Of a DNA stretch of 38,463 nt, positions 26,644 to 36,200 are shown one piece after another. The stretch spans positions 28,715 to 67,177 of the forward strand of contig CAZMMZ010000005.1 in assembly GCA_964567575.1 (NCBI GenBank). Reading direction: 5' to 3'. Position numbers and translations under genes: made by a program. The DNA is from Candidatus Undinarchaeota archaeon (GTDB taxonomy: Archaea > Undinarchaeota > Undinarchaeia > Undinarchaeales > UBA543). Below the pieces are notes generated by a model. That model was not told the DNA's origin. It ran no database searches and saw nothing but the letters and a program-made list of their open reading frames with translations. Position 1 is the stretch's first letter, and each line of letters opens with the position of its first letter.

Positions 26644-28380
26644 TTATTTAACGTAATAATATTCACCTTTCTTTTTCTGCTCACGATCCTTAACACTGTC
26701 TTGTTTATTAGCTCGCGGCCTTCCGGTTTTCTCCTCACGGCGGAATGTGATGTCCAAATCCTTCAAAAATAAGTTCATTCCTTCTTTCATTGTGTATGGT
26801 CCTTTACCTTCCCCAGTTTTTCCAGACTCTCCACTGAAAACCATTAGTCTGTCTGATAAATAATCTAGTAACATTATGTCGTGATCAATTATAATCGCGC
26901 TTTTCTCACGGTCCTCTATGCTGTGTCGTATAACATTTGCAACATTCACTCGCTGTTCAACATCTAAATGCGCTGAAGGTTCATCAAGAAGATACAAGTC
27001 TGCATCTGCAGAAAGACATTTTGCAATTGAAACTTTTTGAAGTTCCCCCCCAGATAATTCACCAAGAGTTCTGTCAAGTAATTTCTCTAAACCAAGATCA
27101 AGCAACACTTTTTGAGCAACTCCTTTCAAAGCAATTCGAACTAAAATATCTTCATCTGGTTTAATGTATTGAGGCTTGTAAGAAATTTTTATTTTTTTAC
27201 TAAGAGATCCAGTGTCTGATTTTAATTCTCCAGCTAATATTTTCATGAAAGTTGTTTTTCCTGTTGCATTTGGACCAACAACTCCAATTAATTCCTTTTC
27301 ATGAATTGCTCCTTTTTCAACTTTCAAAGCAAAATTCTTGAATTTTTTTGTAAGATCTTTGAATTCTACAATTGTGTGAAGTTTTTTTGAATCACTTGCT
27401 GCTTTTACAATAAATTTCAAAGGAGTTTCGCGGAATTGCACATTTTCTTCTTGCAAAAATCCTTCAAGATAAGAATTGATTCCTTCCTTAATTGATTTAG
27501 GATGACTGACTATGCCGTATGCTCCTGGTTTTCCATAAAAGATATGTGCAAGGTCTGCAAGGTAATCTAAAATAATTAAATCGTGTTCAATTATCAAAAC
27601 TAATTTTTTCTCAGCAAGTTTGCGAATTATTTTTGCGATTTTTAATCTTTCTTTAATATCAAGATAAGATGAAGGTTCATCAAAGAAATAAATGTCAGCG
27701 TCTTTCAAGAGGCATGCAGCAATTGCAACTTTTTGCAATTCTCCGCCAGAGATTTTTGAAACTTCACTGTCTAAAATATTTTCAATTCCAATTTCTTTTG
27801 CAATATTATCCAAATTTTTTGTTTCATCAACTTTTTTCAAAAGTTCTTTTACTTTTCCTTTGAACATCTTTGGAATCTTGTCAACGTATTGCGGTTTGTA
27901 AGCCATTTTCTTCTTATTAATATTTGCAAAATATCCTTGCAATTCTGAGCCAGCAAAGAATTTTGATAATTCTTCTTTCGTTGCTTCATGATCTGTTCCG
28001 AGATTTGCTTTTAATCCACCTTCAATAATTTGCAAAGCAGTTGTTTTACCAGTTCCGTTTTGTCCAAGCAAACCAACAACTTGTTTTGGAATAGGAATCG
28101 GAGATCTGAAAAGTGTGAAACCGTTCTTGTCACCGAATTGGTGAACGCATTGTTCCTTCAAAGACTCTGGGAGATTGACAATTGTGATAGCATCGAATGG
28201 ACATTTCTTTGGGCAAATACCGCAACCAGTGCATAGTTCCGTGTTTATGAAGGCCTTTCTGTCTTCGCCTTGTACTATACATTCCTTACCAGTTCGGTTA
28301 ACAGGACAGATACGCTCGCATAGGTAATTACCACATTTCTCTGGGTGGCAGTCCTCTTTTTTCAGTATTGCTATTCTCAT
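26644..28380 (-). CDS. rli: Ribosome recycling ATPase ABCE1/RLI
   Basis: N-terminal CHPEKC..YLC..ICP / CTGCGICPKKCP Fe-S domain, two Walker A (GQNGTGKT, GPNATGKT), ISGGELQ/LSGGELQ, DEPS. Confidence 0.98.
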   Translation of the reverse strand: MRIAILKKEDCHPEKCGNYLCERICPVNRTGKECIVQGEDRKAFINTELCTGCGICPKKCPFDAITIVNLPESLKEQCVHQFGDKNGFTLFRSPIPIPKQVVGLLGQNGTGKTTALQIIEGGLKANLGTDHEATKEELSKFFAGSELQGYFANINKKKMAYKPQYVDKIPKMFKGKVKELLKKVDETKNLDNIAKEIGIENILDSEVSKISGGELQKVAIAACLLKDADIYFFDEPSSYLDIKERLKIAKIIRKLAEKKLVLIIEHDLIILDYLADLAHIFYGKPGAYGIVSHPKSIKEGINSYLEGFLQEENVQFRETPLKFIVKAASDSKKLHTIVEFKDLTKKFKNFALKVEKGAIHEKELIGVVGPNATGKTTFMKILAGELKSDTGSLSKKIKISYKPQYIKPDEDILVRIALKGVAQKVLLDLGLEKLLDRTLGELSGGELQKVSIAKCLSADADLYLLDEPSAHLDVEQRVNVANVIRHSIEDREKSAIIIDHDIMLLDYLSDRLMVFSGESGKTGEGKGPYTMKEGMNLFLKDLDITFRREEKTGRPRANKQDSVKDREQKKKGEYYYVK

Positions 28381-28389
28381 TTTATTTTT

Positions 28390-28455
28390 TTATTGCAGTA
28401 TAGCGGCGTAGCCGCCTGCCATCCTCCGCGGCAAGGCGGAGATTGCAATTCTCAT
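28390..28455 (-). CDS. Putative upstream ORF of ABCE1 (MRIAISALPRRMAGGYAAILQ*)
   Basis: ATG 21-24 nt downstream of a TATA-like GAAAGTTATTTTATAC; in frame with ABCE1; stop 9 nt before ABCE1 ATG. Confidence 0.5.
   Translation of the reverse strand: MRIAISALPRRMAGGYAAILQ
28418..28439. repeat. GC-rich REP-like 22-mer, inverted partner of 26578-26599
   Basis: See partner; flanked by GCGGC-GTA-GCCGC hairpin at 28403-28415. Confidence 0.85.
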
Positions 28456-28540
28456 TGCTAAAACCTAGGATTGTGGGTATAAAATAACTTTCGCTCTCTA
28501 GTCGCAGTCTTTATATCTGACTAAATCTATTGTTTTTCTA

Positions 28541-29665
28541 ATGACTAGTGATCTTGAGGAAATTAAAGAAGCTAAGTGGGAAATACATAAGGATATTCGT
28601 AAAAAGTTGCAGACTTGGTTTCAAGATGGTATACCTACTGAGAAAAAAGATGATGTGATACCTCGAGTTCACACGAGAAGACGTAGTAATCTCAATAAAA
28701 AATATATTGTTCTTCTTGATACCTGTTTACTACACTTTTGTGAGTGCACTCCCCCATTTCGTTTTGGTGAGGTTATTAAAGTATCAATGACCACTTCTAT
28801 AGAGCAGAACCTTGATGGCATTGCTCAATTTTTTATCATTGCTTTGAAGATGGGGGTTTTCAATCTGATTGGAAAACAAATTACAGATATCAAATCTGTT
28901 CGGGACATTACTACTTCACAATTTCAATTATCAGATTATTCCAAGGAGTTTGTGCAAGACTACAAAGAAAAACTCAATAAATTAGATAAACAAGAAAAAA
29001 AACTTCTGGATACAATTCAAGAAGAGCTTGAAAATAAAATAAGAAAAGAAAAGAAAGCCGCTGAAAAAAAACCTCAGTATGAACTAATTAAAATTGAACC
29101 ATTAGACCTATCCTTGCAGGTGATTAGAGACCTTACAAAACTTCTTGGTCCAAAATCTATGAAAAAACTAAAAAAATTAAAAGTGCTCATGATTGATAAG
29201 CTTGAAGAGGGTCCTCTCCTGCGGTTGGAGTTTTCCCGATTTATAAAAAAACAACACCCTAAATTAAACTCTAACTTAGATATGATTACTAGTGCAATAT
29301 TTGAACAATTACTACAAACTAAGGAATATGTAATTTTCTTTAAGTCTCGGTATAAGGGTATTGTAAAGAAAGGAACCAGTATTGAAGATATATCTGATTT
29401 TCTTAAAAATGTAAGTACAGCATCTAAGTCATCCGGTGATATCCGTTTTGGTATAAAAGAGCATTTCTTAAAAGAACTTTATGCAGGTAAAGAAGTATCT
29501 CTTAGTGAATTCCAGGTGTGGGTCCTCAAAACATATGGGGATTCTAAATTCCGAGATGGTACTTTATTATATTATATTACTGATATCATTAAGGACGTGC
29601 GAAATGCAGATGATACTATTCGCAGGATTAAGCGCGGTAGTCTCGTATCCTATAAACTAAAATAA
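28541..29665 (+). CDS. Hypothetical protein with predicted tandem winged-helix domains and central coiled coil
   Basis: C-terminal 70 aa 30/70 identical to the C-terminus of 29712-30470; own TATA 23 nt upstream. Confidence 0.7.
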   Translation: MTSDLEEIKEAKWEIHKDIRKKLQTWFQDGIPTEKKDDVIPRVHTRRRSNLNKKYIVLLDTCLLHFCECTPPFRFGEVIKVSMTTSIEQNLDGIAQFFIIALKMGVFNLIGKQITDIKSVRDITTSQFQLSDYSKEFVQDYKEKLNKLDKQEKKLLDTIQEELENKIRKEKKAAEKKPQYELIKIEPLDLSLQVIRDLTKLLGPKSMKKLKKLKVLMIDKLEEGPLLRLEFSRFIKKQHPKLNSNLDMITSAIFEQLLQTKEYVIFFKSRYKGIVKKGTSIEDISDFLKNVSTASKSSGDIRFGIKEHFLKELYAGKEVSLSEFQVWVLKTYGDSKFRDGTLLYYITDIIKDVRNADDTIRRIKRGSLVSYKLK

Positions 29666-29711
29666 TCAACTACCACAGGATTTATATTTAGTAATAACTA
29701 TCTCTTTCTTA

Positions 29712-30470
29712 ATGGTTCCTAAAATTAGTCATTACACTGCTATAGATCCTGAAGTTGAGCTTCAGAACTATATTCACGAAAAAATCCAAGCATTACATAA
29801 AATGCACGGAAAACGAAATGATGTGCGTATCCGCAAACTTCCATTTGCTCTTGTTGTGAGCATCAAAAGGTGTTTAATTAATCTTTATACGCCGCAAGAT
29901 AAAGCTTTTTCTGAACTTACTCTTAAATCAAATGTTGATCCACAATTCTTTTTCAAACCTGGCACATTCCATATTTTTTTAAATCGTTTATATGATCTTC
30001 AAATTATTAAAAAAATATCTAAAGACAAATTCAAACTAACAAGAAAAGCTAGGAAAATCGCAAAAACTTATCATAGAAAATTTGCTAAACTTAAGGAAAA
30101 AGCAGATGAAGAAGTTCAAAAGAAAATTAAAAAAGATATTGAAGAAGCAAATGCAGAAAGAGAAAAGGAATTGAAAAAGATTCAAAAACTGCAAAATTGG
30201 GAACCCCTAGTTCCATTGAAACCATCAAAGATGACTTCACCTCAGGTTTTTTCTTATATTAAACAGTATTTTCTAAAAGAGCTTGCTAAAGGTAAGGAAG
30301 TTTCTCGTCAGAATTTGTATAAATGGGTTCTTAAGGAATTTAAGGAATCTGTATACCAACCTAACACATTAAATAATTTGCTTAATAATATAATCAATGA
30401 AGTGTTAAAGGAATACAAAACTATTTCCAAGATTCGACATGGCAGGCGAATATTCTATAAATTAAAATAA
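29712..30470 (+). CDS. Hypothetical protein, paralog of 28541-29665; PadR/MarR-like wHTH + coiled coil + C-terminal wHTH
   Basis: PGTFHIFLNRLYDLQIIKK...FKLTRKARKI matches wHTH recognition helix/wing pattern; own TATA 23 nt upstream. Confidence 0.7.
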   Translation: MVPKISHYTAIDPEVELQNYIHEKIQALHKMHGKRNDVRIRKLPFALVVSIKRCLINLYTPQDKAFSELTLKSNVDPQFFFKPGTFHIFLNRLYDLQIIKKISKDKFKLTRKARKIAKTYHRKFAKLKEKADEEVQKKIKKDIEEANAEREKELKKIQKLQNWEPLVPLKPSKMTSPQVFSYIKQYFLKELAKGKEVSRQNLYKWVLKEFKESVYQPNTLNNLLNNIINEVLKEYKTISKIRHGRRIFYKLK

Positions 30471-30473
30471 TAT

Positions 30474-30962
30474 TTATCCAAAAACAATCTGCGTTTTTCC
30501 GCCAAGTACTTTTTCAAAAATCTTTTCAAAAGGTTCTTTATTTCCAATTCGTTTCTCATCCATTCTATCAACATAAATCTTGTAGCTGTTATCGCCAACA
30601 GTCAAGCCTTTCATTTTCGCTGGATTCAAAACTCTTTCAACAAAGTCTCGCTTTTCATTTGTTTCTTCAACAACTTTGATTCGCTTGTTCATATGGGTGC
30701 AGAGCTCTTTGATAAGAGAACCCTTGTGGCCGATAATCTGTCCTGCGCTACCTTTTGGAACAACAATAACAAATAAATCATCTTGTGATTCTGTTTTTAA
30801 AAATTCAGCTTTTTCAAGTTGCGGGTGTTCTTCTGAGACTTTAGACATTGCCCGTGCTAATTCAACATCCGAATGTTGGATCTCTCCTTTTTGAAGCCTG
30901 TCATCGCAGTTTTCACACAGTTTCTCAGATTCGAGACAGGTTCCACAAATGGGCAGTCTCAT
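30474..30962 (-). CDS. NusA-like KH-domain protein with N-terminal Cys cluster (archaeal NusA paralog)
   Basis: CGTC......CENC, AGQIIGHKG KH loop, KRIKVVE. Confidence 0.8.
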   Translation of the reverse strand: MRLPICGTCLESEKLCENCDDRLQKGEIQHSDVELARAMSKVSEEHPQLEKAEFLKTESQDDLFVIVVPKGSAGQIIGHKGSLIKELCTHMNKRIKVVEETNEKRDFVERVLNPAKMKGLTVGDNSYKIYVDRMDEKRIGNKEPFEKIFEKVLGGKTQIVFG

Positions 30963-31009
30963 AGCATATATTATATACGAGTTTTAATAAATAGCTTCCG
31001 GTTAGAGAC

Positions 31010-32206
31010 ATGGCAAAAATTATTGGTATTGTTGGCAAACCGAATTGCGGTAAGTCAACCTTCTTCAATGCAGCGACAATGGCGGGCGCTGAGATAGCTA
31101 ATTATCCATTTACAACTATTGATGCTAACCAAGGAATGGGTTATGTTAGAGTAGAATGTGCTTGTAAATCGCTAGGCGTCACCTGTTCTCCAAAGCACGG
31201 TTCTTGTCATAATGGAACTCGACTTGTTCCTATAGAATTATTAGATGTTGCTGGACTTGTTCCTGGTGCGCATGAAGGAAAAGGTCTTGGAAACCAGTTT
31301 TTGGATAATTTAATGAGTGCCGATGCACTGATTCATATTATTGATACAGCTGGAGCAACAGATGCCGAGGGAAAACCGTGCACTCCTGGTGAGCACAATC
31401 CACTTGATGATGTTAAATTCCTTGAAGAAGAAATAGATCTTTGGTTCCTATCGCTTTTGAAAAAGGATTGGAACAAACTTGCAAGAGAATTACAGCAACT
31501 CAAAAAAGATGCAGGCAAAGAATTAGCTAACCGTTTCTCTGGTTTGAAGATATCTGAACCACTTATTATCAAAGCAGCTCGACATTCTAATTTAAATCTT
31601 GATGAACCTGCAAATTGGGATGATGCTGGATTATTAAAATTTGCTTCCAAATTAAGAGAACTTTCAAAACCTATACTTTTGTCTTGCAATAAATGTGATA
31701 TTCCTGAAGCTGAGAAGAATTTAAAGCCTCTTGAAGAAACCGGAATCCCAACAATCCCAACTTGCGCAGATGCAGAACTTGCATTGCGCCGCGCTGGTGA
31801 GAAAGAACTAATAAAATATTTCCCAGGCGATTCCGACTTTGAAACCAGCAGCAAGCTCGGTGAAAAGCAAGCGAAAGGTTTGGATTTTATTAAAGAAACT
31901 GTTTTGAAAAAATTTGGAAACACTGGAGTTCAGCAAAGTTTAGACAAAACTACTTTTGAAATGCTTGATTTAATTCCTGTTTTCCCTGTTGAAGATGAAG
32001 GAAAATATACAGACAAAAATGGAAATGTTCTTCCAGATGTTCATCTTGTTCCAAAAGGAACAACAGCTCGCGAGCTTGCTTACAAAATTCACACAGATAT
32101 TGGTGATAAATTCATTTGCGCAATTGATGCGCGCACAAAAATGAAATTAGGTGCAGATCACGAATTAAAAAGCAGTGATGTAATAAAAATTAGTTGTTCA
32201 AAGTAA
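31010..32206 (+). CDS. ychF: YchF/OLA1-family translation-associated NTPase with TGS domain
   Basis: [49 protein letters not shown]. Confidence 0.95.
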   Translation: MAKIIGIVGKPNCGKSTFFNAATMAGAEIANYPFTTIDANQGMGYVRVECACKSLGVTCSPKHGSCHNGTRLVPIELLDVAGLVPGAHEGKGLGNQFLDNLMSADALIHIIDTAGATDAEGKPCTPGEHNPLDDVKFLEEEIDLWFLSLLKKDWNKLARELQQLKKDAGKELANRFSGLKISEPLIIKAARHSNLNLDEPANWDDAGLLKFASKLRELSKPILLSCNKCDIPEAEKNLKPLEETGIPTIPTCADAELALRRAGEKELIKYFPGDSDFETSSKLGEKQAKGLDFIKETVLKKFGNTGVQQSLDKTTFEMLDLIPVFPVEDEGKYTDKNGNVLPDVHLVPKGTTARELAYKIHTDIGDKFICAIDARTKMKLGADHELKSSDVIKISCSK

Positions 32207-32851
32207 TTCTTTTCTTTTTCTTATTTTTCTTTCTCTGAATTTAGGTGGCGATAGTATTGTAAATTCTAAAAAGTCTACTAATCCATAAAACACTGGGAAC
32301 AGTAGGAGAATTGCAAGAAGTGTTATCCATTCAAGAGGAATCACGCTATGAATTATTGGAGTTATCATTAAAGCAAGATAAGAAATTTCCCGAGAGCGTC
32401 CAATCAAATGCACTATGCTTCGACCTTTATATGATTCTTTTACAACAAATATTGCATAAGTAAATATTGCCATACTTACAAGAATTTTTCCAACCAGCAA
32501 AGCGATGTTTGGTTCTGCTATGTGAACCATTACTGCTGTTCTAATCCAACTAATACAAACCCATGCTCCCATCACTCCATTTGAAATCGCGTTTCTAAAT
32601 CCAGTTCCTCTGAATTCTTGGAAATAATCTGTTGAAATCCAATTCAGGTAAATCGGTGCAATTACAAATATCATATTCCAGTCTTTAATGAAGCTCACAA
32701 AGATTGATAATCCTCTGAAAAACACAGCGCGGAAGCCGTCTGAAATAAATGATAATATCAAATACAAAAATAACATAATCAGTCCAAGCAATCCAATAAA
32801 ATGATGGCTTTTTGAAAACATCTCCATGCTGAATTTGTATTTTCCTGACAT
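32198..32851 (-). CDS. Hypothetical polytopic membrane protein
   Basis: Five to six hydrophobic segments; conserved-looking FQE.RGT.F.NAISNG segment; minus-strand AAAGATATATAAG promoter near 32900. Confidence 0.7.
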   Translation of the reverse strand: MSGKYKFSMEMFSKSHHFIGLLGLIMLFLYLILSFISDGFRAVFFRGLSIFVSFIKDWNMIFVIAPIYLNWISTDYFQEFRGTGFRNAISNGVMGAWVCISWIRTAVMVHIAEPNIALLVGKILVSMAIFTYAIFVVKESYKGRSIVHLIGRSREISYLALMITPIIHSVIPLEWITLLAILLLFPVFYGLVDFLEFTILSPPKFRERKIRKRKELL

Positions 32852-32919
32852 ATTTTTTGGTAGTTATTGTTGGTTAATAAGGTTAAGGGTTCCAATAACT
32901 CTTATATATCTTTGAATTC

Positions 32920-33273
32920 ATGAGTTTAGTTATGCGCTTGGTTATTTTCATCCTGTTGGCAATAGTAGTTTTTTCTAGTGGATGTATTAGTTTAAGCAGT
33001 ACCTATTCTCCTGGTGAAGCAATTGAAAAAGCAAATCGAATTGATGGTGAGGAAATTACAATCACTGGCGAATTAACAGATGTTCTTTGCAGGTGCACAA
33101 GTTTGGAATGTTCAGATGACAATCCAGATTGCAATACGTGTTCTTGCAGTAAAGGTTTCCAAACCGATTCTGGTATACTTGTAGTAAAAGGATACAATAC
33201 AGAATTGAATGATTCTGCATTATCTGGAATATTTTCAAAAATCGGAGAGGAGTATTATTTAGAAATACAATGA
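32920..33273 (+). CDS. Putative Cys-rich lipoprotein
   Basis: Signal peptide ending SSGC; CRCTSLEC...CNTCSC; ATGA overlap with the protease gene. Confidence 0.6.
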   Translation: MSLVMRLVIFILLAIVVFSSGCISLSSTYSPGEAIEKANRIDGEEITITGELTDVLCRCTSLECSDDNPDCNTCSCSKGFQTDSGILVVKGYNTELNDSALSGIFSKIGEEYYLEIQ

Positions 33274-36200
33274 AAAAAAGAATATTACTCATTGGTTTGC
33301 TAATTATCGCAATTTTAATATCTGGGAGTCTTGCAGCATCTGCTGATGCTCCAATTATTCTTAAGTCTCGAAAAATCGCAACCACGCAACAGATTCAAGT
33401 CGAGCCTGCTCTTAGAGGAATGAATAATGAAGCTCAAGCAAATGTAAAATCTCACAAAATTCTTCAATTTGATCATCCTATTTCTGAACAAGAACGAAAG
33501 CAATTAGAAAATCAAGGTGTGATTCTTTCTGATTATATGCCTGGCAATGCGTGGATGGCTTCTTACACTCCTTCACAAGAATCTGTTTTAGAAGATTATG
33601 GTTTGAAATTCAAAACAGAGCTCCAGTCCACAGATAAACTTGATTCAGGTCTATTGGAATTAGAAGGAAATTTAAAAGTTTCCATTAAATTTTATGATGA
33701 TGTTTCAAAAGGTTCTGTTCAATCTGTGGTTTCAAAATATTCTGGAGATTTTGGGGAAGATATCTCTTCTATTATAACTTCAATTGATTCTTCAAAGCTT
33801 CTTGATATTGCATCTGAAGATTCTGTTCAATGGATTGACTTCGCAGGTTATGAAAAAATTTCTTATCTTGATGGTGCAAGAGCAGCAGCTTGGGTAAATC
33901 AAGTTCAAGCAAATCCTTATCTTTACAATGGTTCAGGGGTAACAATTGCAGAGTGGGATGGTGGTTGGGCTGACATTAATCATAATGCTTTCAGTGGCAG
34001 AGCAATAGTTGGTGACAGTGTTGATCAAGGAGCTCTTAGCTGTCGCAATACAACTGGTGGTACTAGTCTTTGCGGTCCTGATAATCACGCAACTCATGTT
34101 GGTGGAATCATTGCAGGTAACGGAAGCGCATCTGGGCAATACCGAGGAATGGCTCCAAACGCTTCTCTTATAACATATGAATGGCCAGATAATGAATCTG
34201 AAACAATAGCTGAAATAAATCATTCAATAGATGCTTATTCTGCAATTGTTTCTTCAAATTCTTGGGGTTTTGGAGTTGACAATAATTATTGTTCTCTTCT
34301 AGGATATTATCATTCTCAAAGCAAGTGGTTTGACAATCTTTCAAATTGGGGAATCAATGGAAGCAATTACATTACTTTTGTTTTTGCAGCTGGAAATTAT
34401 AGAAATGATAATGTGTGTGATATCTCAAACAATCCTTATAATAATACTGCTGGTCCTGGTGCAACAGCTAAAAATCCAATCACTGTTGGTTCTGTAAATT
34501 CAAATGATGAATCAATGACTTCTTACAGTAGTTGGGGTCCAACTGATGATGGTAGAATCAAACCAGAAGTTGTTGCTCCTGGTGATGAAGTTGGAGGCAA
34601 TAGAATTTATTCAACAGGCACTGGTAATTCTTATTATTCTACTGGAGGAACTTCAATGGCAGCTCCAGTTGTTTCAGGTATTGTTGCTTTAATGCATCAA
34701 GCATATCGTGATACTCATAACAATGCAGATCAGCGCCCAGCAACAGACAAAGCAATTCTTACTCATACGGCAAAAGATTTGAATAATACTGGTCCTGATT
34801 ATTCAACTGGATTCGGTCTTGTTAATGCAACGCAGGCTATTGCTAAAATTCTTGAATATTCAAATAATACTGATGTTATAATTGAAAATACATTATCTGC
34901 GGATTCAAATACCTCTTACACAATTTATGCAAACAACACAAATGATCCTCTTAAATTTACATTAGCTTGGGATGATTTGCCACCAAGCAATCTTCCAGCT
35001 ATATCTCTTGTAAATGATTTGGATCTTCTTGTATATGCTCCAAATGGAACTCGTTATTATCCTTGGGTTTTGAATCATACAGTTCCAAACACTCCAGCAT
35101 CTCAAAATCAAAGCGATTACTTAAATCCAATTGAGCAAATTTATGTTGGTGATGTAGCTGTTGGTATTTGGACAATTACTGTAAATAGTTCAGCAAGTCA
35201 GATTGGTACTCAAACATTTTCTTTAGTTACAAGTCACGATACAAATTATGAAAGCAAGTCTCCTCCTGCAATTGCAACAAACTTAACAAATCGTTCAATG
35301 AGCTACACTTGGATTTACTGGGATTGGATACTTCCAGATGATCCTGATTTCAATCATACTGAGGTCTGGATTAATGACAGTTTCTATGCAAATGTTTCAT
35401 CTCCAACATCCTCATACAATTTCACAAACGCAACAATCAACACACTTTATGAAATTCAAATAAGAACTGCTGATAATTATGGAAATATAAATACAACTTG
35501 GGTGAACAACACAACCAGAACCCCGCAAGACACAACACCTCCAGAAGTTGTTCTTACTTCTCCTATTCCAACTTTCAATACAAGTTCTTCACAGGTTTCA
35601 TTCACTTGTAATGCAACTGATGATCATGATATTAGTAGTATAACTCTTTTCACAAATATTTCTGGAACCTGGAAAGCAAATGAAACAAGTAATGTTTCTG
35701 GAACAAGTGCTGGTGTTTCTTTCACAAACATGTCTAATATTTCTGATGGCAATTACATTTGGAATTGCCAGGTTAATGACAGTTCTCAAAATAATATTTC
35801 TTTTGCAAGTGATAGAATCTTTGTTGTAGATTTGGAAGAAGCAAATATTACTGATGTAACTCCACAGCGTTTAGTAAACAGAACTGAAATAATTAATTTC
35901 ACAACTCTTGTAACTGATTCGCATGGTGTTGGTTATGTAGAGCTTAACATTAGTGGAACTAAATATAATTTAACAAAAGAAAGTTCAGCAAGTAATTATT
36001 ATAATTACACTTTAGATACAACAAACTTTGTTACAAAAGTTTATGATTATTCAATAACTGCATACGACATTGTTAGAAATACCAATTCAACTGCAAATGA
36101 AATTGAAATCGCAGAGAAAATTTATTCAAATACAACTTCTTCAATATCTGCAAGAACTTTGACAAAAGTTTTGAATCATGAAGAAGTGCAATTAAGTTTA

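Noticed and set aside
22454-30470. Integrated element or provirus at tRNA-Glu/tRNA-Ala
   Set aside because: No integrase, no duplicated tRNA 3' end found, and core genes (ABCE1, HIT) lie inside
31333-31923. 196-aa minus-strand ORF and similar long antisense ORFs (3463-3945, 4511-4918, 15597-15956, 18604-18930)
   Set aside because: Lie wholly opposite well-supported genes, with Ser/Phe-rich shadow composition and no codon-bias shift in the sense genes noticed
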